A stretch of DNA of 64,000 nt from Candidatus Uhrbacteria bacterium (GTDB lineage Bacteria > Patescibacteriota > Patescibacteriia > UBA9934 > GWF2-40-263): assembly GCA_016844925.1 (NCBI GenBank), contig JAERTI010000018.1:1221-65220 (forward strand). Direction: 5' to 3'. A program made the position numbers and the translations under genes. Numbering within the stretch: the first letter of the stretch is position 1; every line of letters starts with the position of its first letter. Below are positions 39,881 through 49,294 of this stretch, piece after piece. The notes under the pieces are model-generated. The model was not told where the DNA came from, searched no databases, and saw only the letters and a list, made by a program, of their open reading frames with translations.

Positions 39881-39957
39881 GGGCGTTTAGCTCAGTTGGT
39901 TAGAGCGACTCGTTTACACCGAGTAGGCCGGGGGTTCGAATCCCTCAACGCCCACCA
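39881..39957 (+). tRNA. tRNA-Val(TAC)
   Basis: GGGCGTT acceptor stem, anticodon arm ACTCG-TTTACAC-CGAGT, GTTCGAATC, encoded CCA. Confidence 0.96.
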
Positions 39958-39958
39958 A

Positions 39959-39988
39959 AAAACACCAGCAGTTTCGCTGGTGTTTTTT
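39959..39988. terminator. bidirectional terminator
   Basis: AAAACACCAGC...GCTGGTGTTTTTT. Confidence 0.75.
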
Positions 39989-39999
39989 GTTGTGTATAG

Positions 40000-41802
40000 C
40001 TACTTAATCGTCAGTAGCATCAACCCCATGAATGTGTGAATCTCTGCCTCACCGTCATCAACCTCTCCAAAGAGACTTTCAATAGAAAGCAGAAGCTTCA
40101 CTTGATCATTCTCCACCGTGACGATCGTATCTTCCCGAGCAAACTCTTCTCGGTCAAACCCTTTCGCTTGATCAACTTTCTCTGAAAAATCGATCGTCGC
40201 CAGAAGCTCATCACCTCTGGCAAGTTCAAGTGCCAGCTTCGACTCATCAAGCTTTATCTGATATTCCTGCTCGTCGATCATGAACTCCGTCTTTACCCCA
40301 AATTCCCCATGGGCGACATCAATCATGTAGCCATATCCCTCCACCGGGAGCACAGCGCTATCAAATGGTGCCAGGAACATGGCGAACGTCTCGTACCCCT
40401 CCTCATAAGGCTCAAACCGTCTACCATAAAAATATTCTTCCTCAACACCAAACTTCTCTGTAATAACTATTTCTGCTCGGTCCCAGTTATTTCCACCTAG
40501 CTCATCAAGATCCTCTCCCCCAAACCACGGCTCGATGCCATCGAGACCATGATGCCTACTCAGGTACCGTACGATCTCATTAATCTGTAAGACATCCTCT
40601 CTCGAGAGCTCAGCACTTGCCTGCACATACAGCCCATCTTGTAACAAACCATTTTCTACCAAGATGCCTTCGAGCCTATGAATCTGAGAACGCTCGGCAA
40701 CTTCGAAGGCTCCCCATGGCCCTACAGATGTCACCACAGCGATCAAGAAAATCGTAGCAGGAATCAAGCGGATATCTTTCACGCGACGTAGCAAGAAGTA
40801 AATCGCGATGGCCATGAGCCAAAATCCGAAGATGAGTACGAAGTAACGATTCTCCGTGATGCCGTAGTCACGAATGCGGAACGAAAGCGCCCAAAAGAGC
40901 ATGCCCGTCTGTGGAATCATGGCGACAAAAAGCCCCGTACCAAAATGCCGCACCCAATTCACTTTTTCTCGAAGCGGGTACAGCGCGAGATATGTCAGCA
41001 CCCCAAGGAACGAGAAGCCAAGAATCATCCACGCAAGCTGCCCCTCTGGCCAAGTCGTTGTGATCAGGATCCGCGCGGTGTAGGCGTAAAGAATCAGGAA
41101 GTACAACGTCACCAACGGAACAAGAACAAACTGCGAGAACAATCGAACTTCCTTAGGGTACGGCTGTTTTGTATCAAGTGCGTGTGGTTTCTTGGGAAGT
41201 CGACTCAAGAAAAACAGTGGTGAAAAAATGCCGACGAGCACGAACCAAATCTCTACATAACGTTCTTCATCAATTCTAATTTCAAACAAGAAATCTACTG
41301 ACGCAAGTGCAATCGATAACCCAGCTTGCAGTGCACCCGCCCAGATACCCGTGAGGACCAACGCAAACACCAACCCACGATTGTACTGCCAGAATCTGTG
41401 AATGGCAGCAGCACCATGTTGATACGCAAACGGAATAAACGTCACCAGCAAGACGAACCCTATCGCCCACATCGTGTGACGAATATAGAACTCACTCACA
41501 CCAACCCCTGGGTCTGGAAGCAAGAAATAATACCCAAGAAGAAACGCGGCAATCACCCCATGAATTACCCAGTGATATTTCTGAGAAAATTTCATCGCCC
41601 CAGAGAACAACACGGCTCCCACAAACAATGGAGCCGCAAAGGTCATCGTGAGCATGAGGTTCACGTAAGGCTCAGGATCATCAATGTGAATAAAGACGAT
41701 GCCAAGGACTGTCCCAACGAGACAGGCCAACATCGCAAAAGGGAAACGCTGAATAACCTGCCATGCCCCCTTTAAAATGGCTTGAATTGAGAGAAGTTTC
41801 AT
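40000..41802 (-). CDS. DUF4153-like polytopic membrane protein
   Basis: RFPFAML, FVLVPLVTLYFLILYAY, RIRDYGITENRY, GPWGAFEVAERSQ. Confidence 0.8.
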   Translation of the reverse strand: MKLLSIQAILKGAWQVIQRFPFAMLACLVGTVLGIVFIHIDDPEPYVNLMLTMTFAAPLFVGAVLFSGAMKFSQKYHWVIHGVIAAFLLGYYFLLPDPGVGVSEFYIRHTMWAIGFVLLVTFIPFAYQHGAAAIHRFWQYNRGLVFALVLTGIWAGALQAGLSIALASVDFLFEIRIDEERYVEIWFVLVGIFSPLFFLSRLPKKPHALDTKQPYPKEVRLFSQFVLVPLVTLYFLILYAYTARILITTTWPEGQLAWMILGFSFLGVLTYLALYPLREKVNWVRHFGTGLFVAMIPQTGMLFWALSFRIRDYGITENRYFVLIFGFWLMAIAIYFLLRRVKDIRLIPATIFLIAVVTSVGPWGAFEVAERSQIHRLEGILVENGLLQDGLYVQASAELSREDVLQINEIVRYLSRHHGLDGIEPWFGGEDLDELGGNNWDRAEIVITEKFGVEEEYFYGRRFEPYEEGYETFAMFLAPFDSAVLPVEGYGYMIDVAHGEFGVKTEFMIDEQEYQIKLDESKLALELARGDELLATIDFSEKVDQAKGFDREEFAREDTIVTVENDQVKLLLSIESLFGEVDDGEAEIHTFMGLMLLTIK

Positions 41803-41828
41803 ATACATAAAGCCTAGCGTAGTTAAGC

Positions 41829-41855
41829 AAAAGAAAAAAGCGCTTGCGTAGCGCT
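41829..41855 (-). terminator. terminator after the VOC-like gene
   Basis: AGCGCT-ACGCA-AGCGCT followed by TTTTTCTTTT. Confidence 0.65.
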
Positions 41856-42249
41856 AGTCCTGGTGGAACCCAGGATCCGTGGTGACCAGCTCCACCCCGG
41901 GGTGAACCGGCGTGCAGTCGGGCGCCTCGTGGAAGAACGAAGTGACGGAGTGGCCCCAGTGGGTCTCACCGATGGTCCGATGCGAGTCCCTGGCCCAGTC
42001 AATGGATGCCACGGAGAGCTCGAAGGCGATGTGCCCCGGCCCCGTACCGATGAAGTAGGAGATGAAGGACCTGGTGCCCTTGCCCACCTGCAGGCGCGGG
42101 CCCGCGCCATGTTCATCGTAGTCGGGGTCCTCGACGGTGATCTCCCACACATCCAGACCCATCTCTTCCCAGTGAGCCCTGATGGCACCCCACTGCTCCC
42201 GCTGCGAAGGCAGCCCCACGTGATGCAGTCCAAGGATCGCGTTCTTCAT
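41854..42249 (-). CDS. VOC/glyoxalase-like small protein (GC-rich)
   Basis: GLHHVGL, GPGHIAFE, SFFHEAPD...VELV pattern; SD GGAGG. Confidence 0.65.
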   Translation of the reverse strand: MKNAILGLHHVGLPSQREQWGAIRAHWEEMGLDVWEITVEDPDYDEHGAGPRLQVGKGTRSFISYFIGTGPGHIAFELSVASIDWARDSHRTIGETHWGHSVTSFFHEAPDCTPVHPGVELVTTDPGFHQD

Positions 42250-42278
42250 GCTCGTACCTCCAGTAGGTGACGAACGTC

Positions 42279-42307
42279 AGGCTACGTCCTCGCTCCACGC
42301 CCGTCAA
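42279..42307 (-). promoter_or_regulatory. sigma70 promoter of the VOC-like gene
   Basis: TTGACG-N17-TAGCCT. Confidence 0.6.
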
Positions 42308-42341
42308 GCACCTGGCTCGAGTCTCCCGTTTCTCTAAAAGA

Positions 42342-42373
42342 AAATAATCTCAGCAAGAAGCTGAGATTATTTT
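42342..42373 (-). terminator. terminator after tRNA-Leu
   Basis: AAATAATCTCAGC...GCTGAGATTATTTT hairpin. Confidence 0.7.
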
Positions 42374-42374
42374 C

Positions 42375-42462
42375 TGGTGCACGGGAGAGGACTCGAACCT
42401 CCACGCCCTTTACGAGCACCAGCCCCTCAAGCTGGCGTGTCTACCAATTCCACCACCCGTGC
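42375..42462 (-). tRNA. tRNA-Leu(GAG)
   Basis: GCACGGG acceptor stem, CCAGC-TTGAGGG-GCTGG anticodon arm, long variable arm, GTTCGAGTC, encoded CCA. Confidence 0.96.
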
Positions 42463-42515
42463 GTTTGTTGTACCGCGAAGATCATAGCTGATCCTCGTAA
42501 AATGTTCAACCCTTT

Positions 42516-43256
42516 TTAAAAGACCCGTGATTTCCCTGTGATGACCTTGAGGGTCATAGGCTCAATACCGATATCAAACCGTGTAGAGGTCATCTCCTCG
42601 CCGTCGACGAACAGTGAGATCGGCTCATCGGAACGAATCGCCAGAGAGCTCATAGGAAACACACTTTCTTTAAGCTTAACACGACCAAACACGCCCCAAC
42701 CTGTTTTCACAGCAGCGCGGATAATCGCCTCAAACTTCCCATCACGCGGATCTGTTACGTCAGCTAGATTCCGAATCTCCAACGCGGCCTTTCGCGCCGT
42801 TGGAAAAATTCGGTACTTCCCTTCGCACGTGAGCTCGGCACGAAACTCTGGCATAGAGAGTCCTGTCACAAACCTGCGACCATTTACCGTCCCAATATCG
42901 ATCGTCTCAATGCGCCGCGCACTGAGCACGTCGCAGGCAGCAACCCCCTGTGGGATTCCCATCATCCTAGCGAGGTCATTGTTTGGTCCGATTGGAATAA
43001 TTCCCAACGCCACATCTGGCGCATCTGCTACCACGTCGATCACTTTTCGAACAGTCTCATCATTCCCCAGCACCACGACCGTCGACACTCCACGCGCGAT
43101 CTCATCACGAATCATCTCTTCAGCATTACGAAACAAAGCCAACCGAGAGACCTTCCCGGCCAACCCCAGGTCCGTTAAACGATTCTCAATATTCAGGAGC
43201 TCACGCTCGAATCGTTTGTTTTCCTGGATGAACTCATCGTAGAGATAGCAATACAT
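42516..43256 (-). CDS. diacylglycerol kinase catalytic-domain-like protein (degenerate)
   Basis: VVVLGNDETV, LGIIPIGPNNDLARMMGIP, IDIGTVNGRRF, VDGE. Confidence 0.75.
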   Translation of the reverse strand: MYCYLYDEFIQENKRFERELLNIENRLTDLGLAGKVSRLALFRNAEEMIRDEIARGVSTVVVLGNDETVRKVIDVVADAPDVALGIIPIGPNNDLARMMGIPQGVAACDVLSARRIETIDIGTVNGRRFVTGLSMPEFRAELTCEGKYRIFPTARKAALEIRNLADVTDPRDGKFEAIIRAAVKTGWGVFGRVKLKESVFPMSSLAIRSDEPISLFVDGEEMTSTRFDIGIEPMTLKVITGKSRVF

Positions 43257-43258
43257 GA

Positions 43259-43678
43259 TTATTCTTCCTCCTCGATTTCCTCAGGCTCAACTTCCTCAAC
43301 TTGTGCGACTGACCCCATGGAGAGCCTTCCGTTAATCTGCGCGCCAGCCGCAACAGAGATCCGTCCGGTGGCAATATCTCCCTTCACCTGTGAGGTCGAG
43401 AGTAGCTCGAGCATCTGATCGACAACAAGATTCCCATGCACCTCTCCGGCGATCACGGCGTTCTGTGCGTGGACGTCTGCCTTAATGCGAGCTGTCTCGC
43501 CGATCCGAAGTGACTTTGCGGTCTCTACAGACCCCGCCACCTCACCATCGATAATGACATCTCCGTTTGAATGAAAATCCCCCTCAACTTTTACCCCCTG
43601 AGCGATGATCGTCTCACCCCCGTTTGTACTTGGCATAGGGCCTGTCTTTTTATCCTTAAACATATTCTTGGATTCCAT
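43259..43678 (-). CDS. bactofilin (polymer-forming cytoskeletal protein)
   Basis: TIIAQGVKVEGDF...IIDGEVAG...VIAGEVHGNL...VKGDI beta-helix repeats. Confidence 0.92.
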   Translation of the reverse strand: MESKNMFKDKKTGPMPSTNGGETIIAQGVKVEGDFHSNGDVIIDGEVAGSVETAKSLRIGETARIKADVHAQNAVIAGEVHGNLVVDQMLELLSTSQVKGDIATGRISVAAGAQINGRLSMGSVAQVEEVEPEEIEEEE

Positions 43679-43695
43679 TTGATCTTACACGAGCA

Positions 43696-45405
43696 TTACA
43701 TTTCATCAACGACATCCATCCCCAGGATACCCAGTCCCCCCTTCAGCACTTGAGCAACAGATGTGATCAAGCCCAAACGCTCAGAAAGCGCCTCTCCTTC
43801 AGCCTTCAGCACGGGCACATTCGCATAGAATTCTGAGAACGTCTTTGCGAGGTCAAACAGATACTGAGCCAACACGGATGGCTGCATGCGCCCCGTTGCC
43901 TGGAACAAAACCTCCGGATAGTTGGCGAGCATCATAACGAGTGCATGGCTATGAGCATCTGTCAGCGTCTTGGCGCTCAAAGATGACTTTGCCTTCCCTG
44001 CCTTAGCCAACATGCTTTGAATACGGGCATACGTATAGAGGAGATATGGACCGGTATAGCCCTCAAATGAGAGCGCTTCATCAAAGTCGAACACGATCTT
44101 CTTTCCAATATCCTGTTTGAGCATGCCAAATCGCATCGCTCCGAAAGCCACAGCTCGAGTCACGGAGACGATCTGCTTCTCCTTCCAATCGCTGTGGCGT
44201 GATCGTGTTTCCGCGTGAGCGGATGTCAGTAGCTCGTCTCGTACTTTCTCATAACGAATCACGTTTCCCTTTCGAGACCCCATGACCCCATCTGAAAGTG
44301 TCACGAACTCATACGAGAGGTGCTCGAGTTCACGATCGAACCCCATGCGCTTGAGTGTTTCAAACAACTGTCGCAGGGCATGTGCCTGTCGCTCGTCGAC
44401 GACATACACGGATCGTGCCGGGTGATAGTCATCCTCTTTTTTGTAGGCGAGCCCAAGGTCCTTCGCGTTGTAGAGAAGTGTTCCGTCCGATTTGATCAAC
44501 AGATTCACTCCCAGATCAACGTCATTCAAATCGACAATCCACGCCCCCTCAGATTCAACAACAAGACCATCTTTAATCATGCCATCGATAATCTTTTTTG
44601 TTTTTCCAATAACCTCACTCTCGAAATACCAATGATCAAGCGTCAGGCCTAGCTCGCTGTACACCTTCTCCAAGTAATCGATCGACCACTTTCGCGTGGT
44701 TTTCCAGAGAGATAATTCATCAGATTTTTTCTGCCCTTCAAGAACTTGGAACACTTCAGAAACCTGCGTCTTGAGTGTCTCATTCTCCTCAAGAGCCTTA
44801 TTCGCTTCAACATAAACATCTCTCAGAAAAGCGATCCGTGCATCCCCTTCAGCAAGTGGCTCATCCTTATGAAACGTCTTCATGGCCCAGATCGACTTGG
44901 CCACATGTGTTCCAAGGTCGTTGATGTAGGCCACAGGAATCACGTCGTAACCGGACGCTTTCAAGAGGTTGGTTACTGCCTGGCCGACAAACAAATTTCG
45001 TAGGTGACCAATATGCACATCCTTGTGCGTGTTGAGATTCGCAAACTCAACCATCACGCGCTTCTCGTGGCCAACGGTACTGTGGCCATACTCATCACCG
45101 CGCACACCAATCTCTTCAAGAACGGCTCCGGCAAAAGACGTCTCAAGATCAAAGTTCACGTACGGCCCCACAGCCTTCACGCTTCCAATAAACTCTTTCG
45201 GTCCGATCTTCACCGCGATCTCTCTGGCGATCTCCGCCGGGTTGCGCTTGAGCTTCTTTGAAAGCTCAAAACACGGATAGGCAATGTCTCCCATCTTTGG
45301 GTCTGGTGGTGTCTCAAGCTCCTCCATTGAAGGGGCGAACCCTTTAGGCCCTGCCTGCTTCAACTCTCGAAGCACCTGCTGCTTTACTTTCTGAATCGTA
45401 TACAT
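43696..45405 (-). CDS. argS: arginyl-tRNA synthetase
   Basis: VEFANLNTHKDVHIGHLRN, MGSRKGNV, FEGYTGPYLLYTYARI. Confidence 0.97.
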   Translation of the reverse strand: MYTIQKVKQQVLRELKQAGPKGFAPSMEELETPPDPKMGDIAYPCFELSKKLKRNPAEIAREIAVKIGPKEFIGSVKAVGPYVNFDLETSFAGAVLEEIGVRGDEYGHSTVGHEKRVMVEFANLNTHKDVHIGHLRNLFVGQAVTNLLKASGYDVIPVAYINDLGTHVAKSIWAMKTFHKDEPLAEGDARIAFLRDVYVEANKALEENETLKTQVSEVFQVLEGQKKSDELSLWKTTRKWSIDYLEKVYSELGLTLDHWYFESEVIGKTKKIIDGMIKDGLVVESEGAWIVDLNDVDLGVNLLIKSDGTLLYNAKDLGLAYKKEDDYHPARSVYVVDERQAHALRQLFETLKRMGFDRELEHLSYEFVTLSDGVMGSRKGNVIRYEKVRDELLTSAHAETRSRHSDWKEKQIVSVTRAVAFGAMRFGMLKQDIGKKIVFDFDEALSFEGYTGPYLLYTYARIQSMLAKAGKAKSSLSAKTLTDAHSHALVMMLANYPEVLFQATGRMQPSVLAQYLFDLAKTFSEFYANVPVLKAEGEALSERLGLITSVAQVLKGGLGILGMDVVDEM

Positions 45406-45407
45406 AC

Positions 45408-46463
45408 CTATTTATCTAGATGTACATCCATTTGCGGATACGGAATACCAATCCCCTGCGTATCAAATGCCTCCTTAAGGGCCTTAATAAATTCGTGCTT
45501 TACCAAGAACTGATCAAGATACTTTGCCACGTTCATGAACACTTTCAATTCAATCGAAGAATCATCAAAGGCCCCGTAACGCACGAACACCTCCTTTGAC
45601 CCCTTGGCATCCAACTTCGACAACACATCATTTGCCACCTGCAGTGCCGTCGCCTCTGCCTTTTCTAGATCGGCATCATAGCTGACCCCCACAGTCACTT
45701 TCAGAGAAAACTCCTGCCCTGGCATGTAGGTATTGGTGATAACCATCTCTGCCAACTTTTTGTTTGGGATGATCACAAGTGTGCCTTCAAACGTTTCGAT
45801 ACGTGTTGAGCGCATGGAGATGTCTTTAACGAATCCCTCTGTACCGTCTTCAAGCCGGATAAAGTCACCTGGACGCACAGGCTTATCAATCGCCAGACCC
45901 ACAGCTGAAAAAAGTCCGGAGAGCGTATTCTGAAGGGCGAGCGCTACAGCAACACCAGCGATTCCAAGTCCAGCAATGAGAGCACTGATATCTACGCCAA
46001 CCTGATTGAGAATGAACGTCAGAGCCACGCCCCAAATAAGGAGGGTGATGATGGTATTGAGAAAACCAAACGTCCCGTGTTCCATCCCACCAGGACCATC
46101 CTCCCGCGCCTGAATCTCGTGCCAGTTGATGATGCCTCGTACAAGACGGTCAACGGCGTACGCTGCCCACGCAATCAACAAGATGGGAATCAGCTCAGCG
46201 AATCCAAACCCATCATAAGCAAGATCTGGAAACAAGTACCTCAAGGCAACAACAATTCCGACAAGCTGAAACCCGATGTGGACCGGCCGTGCAAGCAGCT
46301 GCATGATGGTGTCATCAAGCGTCGACTGCGTCAGAGACGTGAGTTTTTTTGAACGCTTGAGAATAGCCATCAGAGCCAGTGACACAAACCAAGCGCCAAT
46401 TAAGATGCCGGCTGCGATGATCAACTGAATAGGGTCTGGAAAGGCCGTGGGAAGATTCAACAT
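45408..46463 (-). CDS. MscS family mechanosensitive channel
   Basis: LIAGLGIAGVAVALALQNTL, GDFI, IIPNK, IPYPQ. Confidence 0.93.
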   Translation of the reverse strand: MLNLPTAFPDPIQLIIAAGILIGAWFVSLALMAILKRSKKLTSLTQSTLDDTIMQLLARPVHIGFQLVGIVVALRYLFPDLAYDGFGFAELIPILLIAWAAYAVDRLVRGIINWHEIQAREDGPGGMEHGTFGFLNTIITLLIWGVALTFILNQVGVDISALIAGLGIAGVAVALALQNTLSGLFSAVGLAIDKPVRPGDFIRLEDGTEGFVKDISMRSTRIETFEGTLVIIPNKKLAEMVITNTYMPGQEFSLKVTVGVSYDADLEKAEATALQVANDVLSKLDAKGSKEVFVRYGAFDDSSIELKVFMNVAKYLDQFLVKHEFIKALKEAFDTQGIGIPYPQMDVHLDK

Positions 46464-46467
46464 ACGA

Positions 46468-49101
46468 TTAAGCTAATTGCTCATTGATAACGGCGAGCTT
46501 GGCCTGAGCCTCGCTCAAATTTGTTCGCATTGTTTCAACAACCTGCTCTGGCGCCTTAGAGGTAAATGCCTCGTTCGCGAGCTTCTTCTCAAGCGAGGCG
46601 ATGTACCCCTGCGTCTCATCTCGCTCCTTCGTGAGCTTTCCTTTCTCTGCTTCCTTGTCGACAAGCCCCTCAAGAGAAATATGAACCTGCATGGATCCAA
46701 CAACGGCTGTTGCCACATCCCCTTCTGGCTTGGCGCCAAAGGTCAGTGACTCCACGCGACCGAGACTGCGAATCACATCTTCCTGGCCAGCGAGAACATC
46801 TGCATCTGAAAGCACAACGTTGACCAAAACCTTTGGTACAACATTGTACTGAGATCGAATATTTCGAATAGCTACGACTGTTTCCTGCAACTGCACAAAC
46901 GCTGTCTCTGCCTCTGCATCGACATGACGCTCCTTCGCCATCGGCCACTCATGCACAATCAACATCCCTTCAGGATCAATCTGCTTCCAAATCTGTTCAG
47001 TGACAAACGGCATGAATGGGTGCCAGTACGTAAGCAGGCGCTCGAGGATATACATCAGTATTCCCTGCGTCGACTTGCCCCCCTGCACCTTAGCAATCTC
47101 CACGTACCAGTCAGCAAACTCACTCCAGGTGAAATTGCGAAGTTTTTCTCCAGCCTGAGAGAACTCATAGGCCTCGAGGTGATCCGTCACTTCACTCTGC
47201 AGTACGTGGAATCGAGAAAGAATCCAGCGATCTGCCAGCGTTTGCGGATCCAGGTCTGCTTCTGCCACATGACCAACCGTCTCTACTTGCCCCAGGACAA
47301 AGCGTGAAATGTTCCAAAGTTTGTTTGTGAAGTTTCGGTATCCCGCCACCTTCGCCTCAGAGAGCTTCGAGTCGTTTCCTGGCGTGGAACCAATCACAAG
47401 CGAGAGTCGTGTTGCATCGGCGCCGTACTTGTCGATCATCTTGAGCGGATCAATCACATTGCCGAGGGACTTACTCATCTTGCGTCCCGTTTCATCTCGA
47501 ACAAGTCCATGAAGGTACACGTTCTCAAACGGTACTTCTCCAAGCACGTACGTAGTCATGAGAATCATGCGCGCGACCCAGAAAAACAAAATGTCATAGC
47601 CTGTCTCAAGAACAGTTGTTGGCTGGAACGTACGCAAGTCTGCCGTCTCATCGGGCCAGCCGAGCGTAGAGAACGTCCAGAGCCCAGAGCTAAACCACGT
47701 GTCGAGCGTGTCAGGATCTCGCTCCCAACCTTCACCTTCCGGTGCCTCAACGCCAACATACGTCTCCTCTCCCCGGTACCACACGGGCACCTGGTGACCG
47801 AACCAAATCTGACGGGAGATGTTCCAGTCGCGGAGATTGTCGATCCAGTGGAAGTACGTTTTGTCGAATCGCTCAGGAATAATCTTTACCTGCTTCGAGC
47901 GTACAGCATGCTGCATGAGCCCCTTAAGGGTCACCTGCTGTCCGTCTTCGATGCCTTCCATAGGCGCATGTTGGCTCGCTCGGAACGCAAATTCCTTGTT
48001 TACGTCGATAAACCACTGCACCTTAGGGAGCGGCTCCACAGCTGTGTCACAGCGGTAGCACACTGAAAGGTTGTGTACGTAATCCTCATCAATCTTGTCG
48101 ACCAATCCTTTCTCTGCCAGACGCGCCACAATCTCTTCACGTGCTTGATTGGCATTCTTCCCTGCGAACGAACCTGTCGCCTCTGTGAGATTTCCATCCT
48201 CATCGATAATACGATGTACCTCATAGCCATACTTCTTCGCCAAATCAAAGTCGACGAGTGAGTGCGCTGGGGTAATCGTCATGGCACCAGAACCCATCTC
48301 CATATCAGCCACCTCATCGGCCACCATGGTCGCCTTCACCGTGCCCTCGATCCATTCAACCTCAAACTCCTTACCGACAAGATCCTTGTATCGGTCGTCC
48401 TCTGGATGAACCACGATGACTTTGTCGAGGAACTTTGTCTCAGGACGGGCAGTACCAATAACAACCGGACCATATTTGAAATAATAAAACTTACTCTTCT
48501 CCTCACGGTACTCCACTTCATCATCAGCGAGCGTGGACTTACAACGCGGGCACCAGTTCACGATGCGATCACCACGATAGATAAGACCGTCGTCGTACAT
48601 CATCTTAAAGACGGTGTTCACCGCGCGGTTACGTGCACTATCGAGGGTGTAGGCCTCACGGGACCAGTCCATCGATGCCCCCATGCGCTTGGCCTGGTTC
48701 ACGATGATGTCATGACTCTCCTGAGCGAACTGCTCCACACGCTCCAAAAACTTCTCTCGACCAAGCTCGCGTCGCGGATCTTCCATCCCCTCCTTCATGA
48801 GCAGCTTCTCCACCTTGGTCTGTGTCGCAATGGCCGCATGGTCTGTTCCCGGGAGCCAGAGCGTCTTGCGCCAGCGCATGCGGTTAAAACGCGTCATAAT
48901 GTCCTCAATCGCCAACATCACGGCATGCCCCATATGAAGGGTTCCTGTCACGTTCGGTGGCGGGAGCACAATTGAGAAGGTTTCTTCTCTTTCACCAGGC
49001 AAATTGTCTGGATTAAAAAACCCGCTGCTTTCCCAGCTGGCATAAATCGCATCTTCGTATTGGCCCGACTCGTAAGCCTTGGGCATGTCTTGTTTATCCA
49101 T
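46468..49101 (-). CDS. valS: valyl-tRNA synthetase
   Basis: PPPNVTGTLHMGHA, DWNISRQIWFGH, KMSKS, C-terminal coiled coil. Confidence 0.98.
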   Translation of the reverse strand: MDKQDMPKAYESGQYEDAIYASWESSGFFNPDNLPGEREETFSIVLPPPNVTGTLHMGHAVMLAIEDIMTRFNRMRWRKTLWLPGTDHAAIATQTKVEKLLMKEGMEDPRRELGREKFLERVEQFAQESHDIIVNQAKRMGASMDWSREAYTLDSARNRAVNTVFKMMYDDGLIYRGDRIVNWCPRCKSTLADDEVEYREEKSKFYYFKYGPVVIGTARPETKFLDKVIVVHPEDDRYKDLVGKEFEVEWIEGTVKATMVADEVADMEMGSGAMTITPAHSLVDFDLAKKYGYEVHRIIDEDGNLTEATGSFAGKNANQAREEIVARLAEKGLVDKIDEDYVHNLSVCYRCDTAVEPLPKVQWFIDVNKEFAFRASQHAPMEGIEDGQQVTLKGLMQHAVRSKQVKIIPERFDKTYFHWIDNLRDWNISRQIWFGHQVPVWYRGEETYVGVEAPEGEGWERDPDTLDTWFSSGLWTFSTLGWPDETADLRTFQPTTVLETGYDILFFWVARMILMTTYVLGEVPFENVYLHGLVRDETGRKMSKSLGNVIDPLKMIDKYGADATRLSLVIGSTPGNDSKLSEAKVAGYRNFTNKLWNISRFVLGQVETVGHVAEADLDPQTLADRWILSRFHVLQSEVTDHLEAYEFSQAGEKLRNFTWSEFADWYVEIAKVQGGKSTQGILMYILERLLTYWHPFMPFVTEQIWKQIDPEGMLIVHEWPMAKERHVDAEAETAFVQLQETVVAIRNIRSQYNVVPKVLVNVVLSDADVLAGQEDVIRSLGRVESLTFGAKPEGDVATAVVGSMQVHISLEGLVDKEAEKGKLTKERDETQGYIASLEKKLANEAFTSKAPEQVVETMRTNLSEAQAKLAVINEQLA

Positions 49102-49174
49102 AGATGAACTCAGTTTAGGGAAAAACCCTTTGTTTTGCAACCGAAGCGCCCTCAGGTAAGATCCCTCTTAGAGG

Positions 49175-49203
49175 TTGACGAAACGGGCATTTTCCCTGAA
49201 TAT
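49175..49203 (+). promoter_or_regulatory. putative sigma70 promoter of the MopE/FG-GAP gene
   Basis: TTGACG-N17-GAATAT. Confidence 0.45.
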
Positions 49204-49294
49204 GCGCCTCTTGTTCTTTCCAGCGTGGCCACAAACCTTAGGACATTGATATGATCTGGGGTTTGTGGCCACACAACCTACCTGGAGGGACACC

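Noticed and set aside
39881-42462. tRNA-integrated island or prophage
   Set aside because: No integrase and no duplicated tRNA 3' end found.
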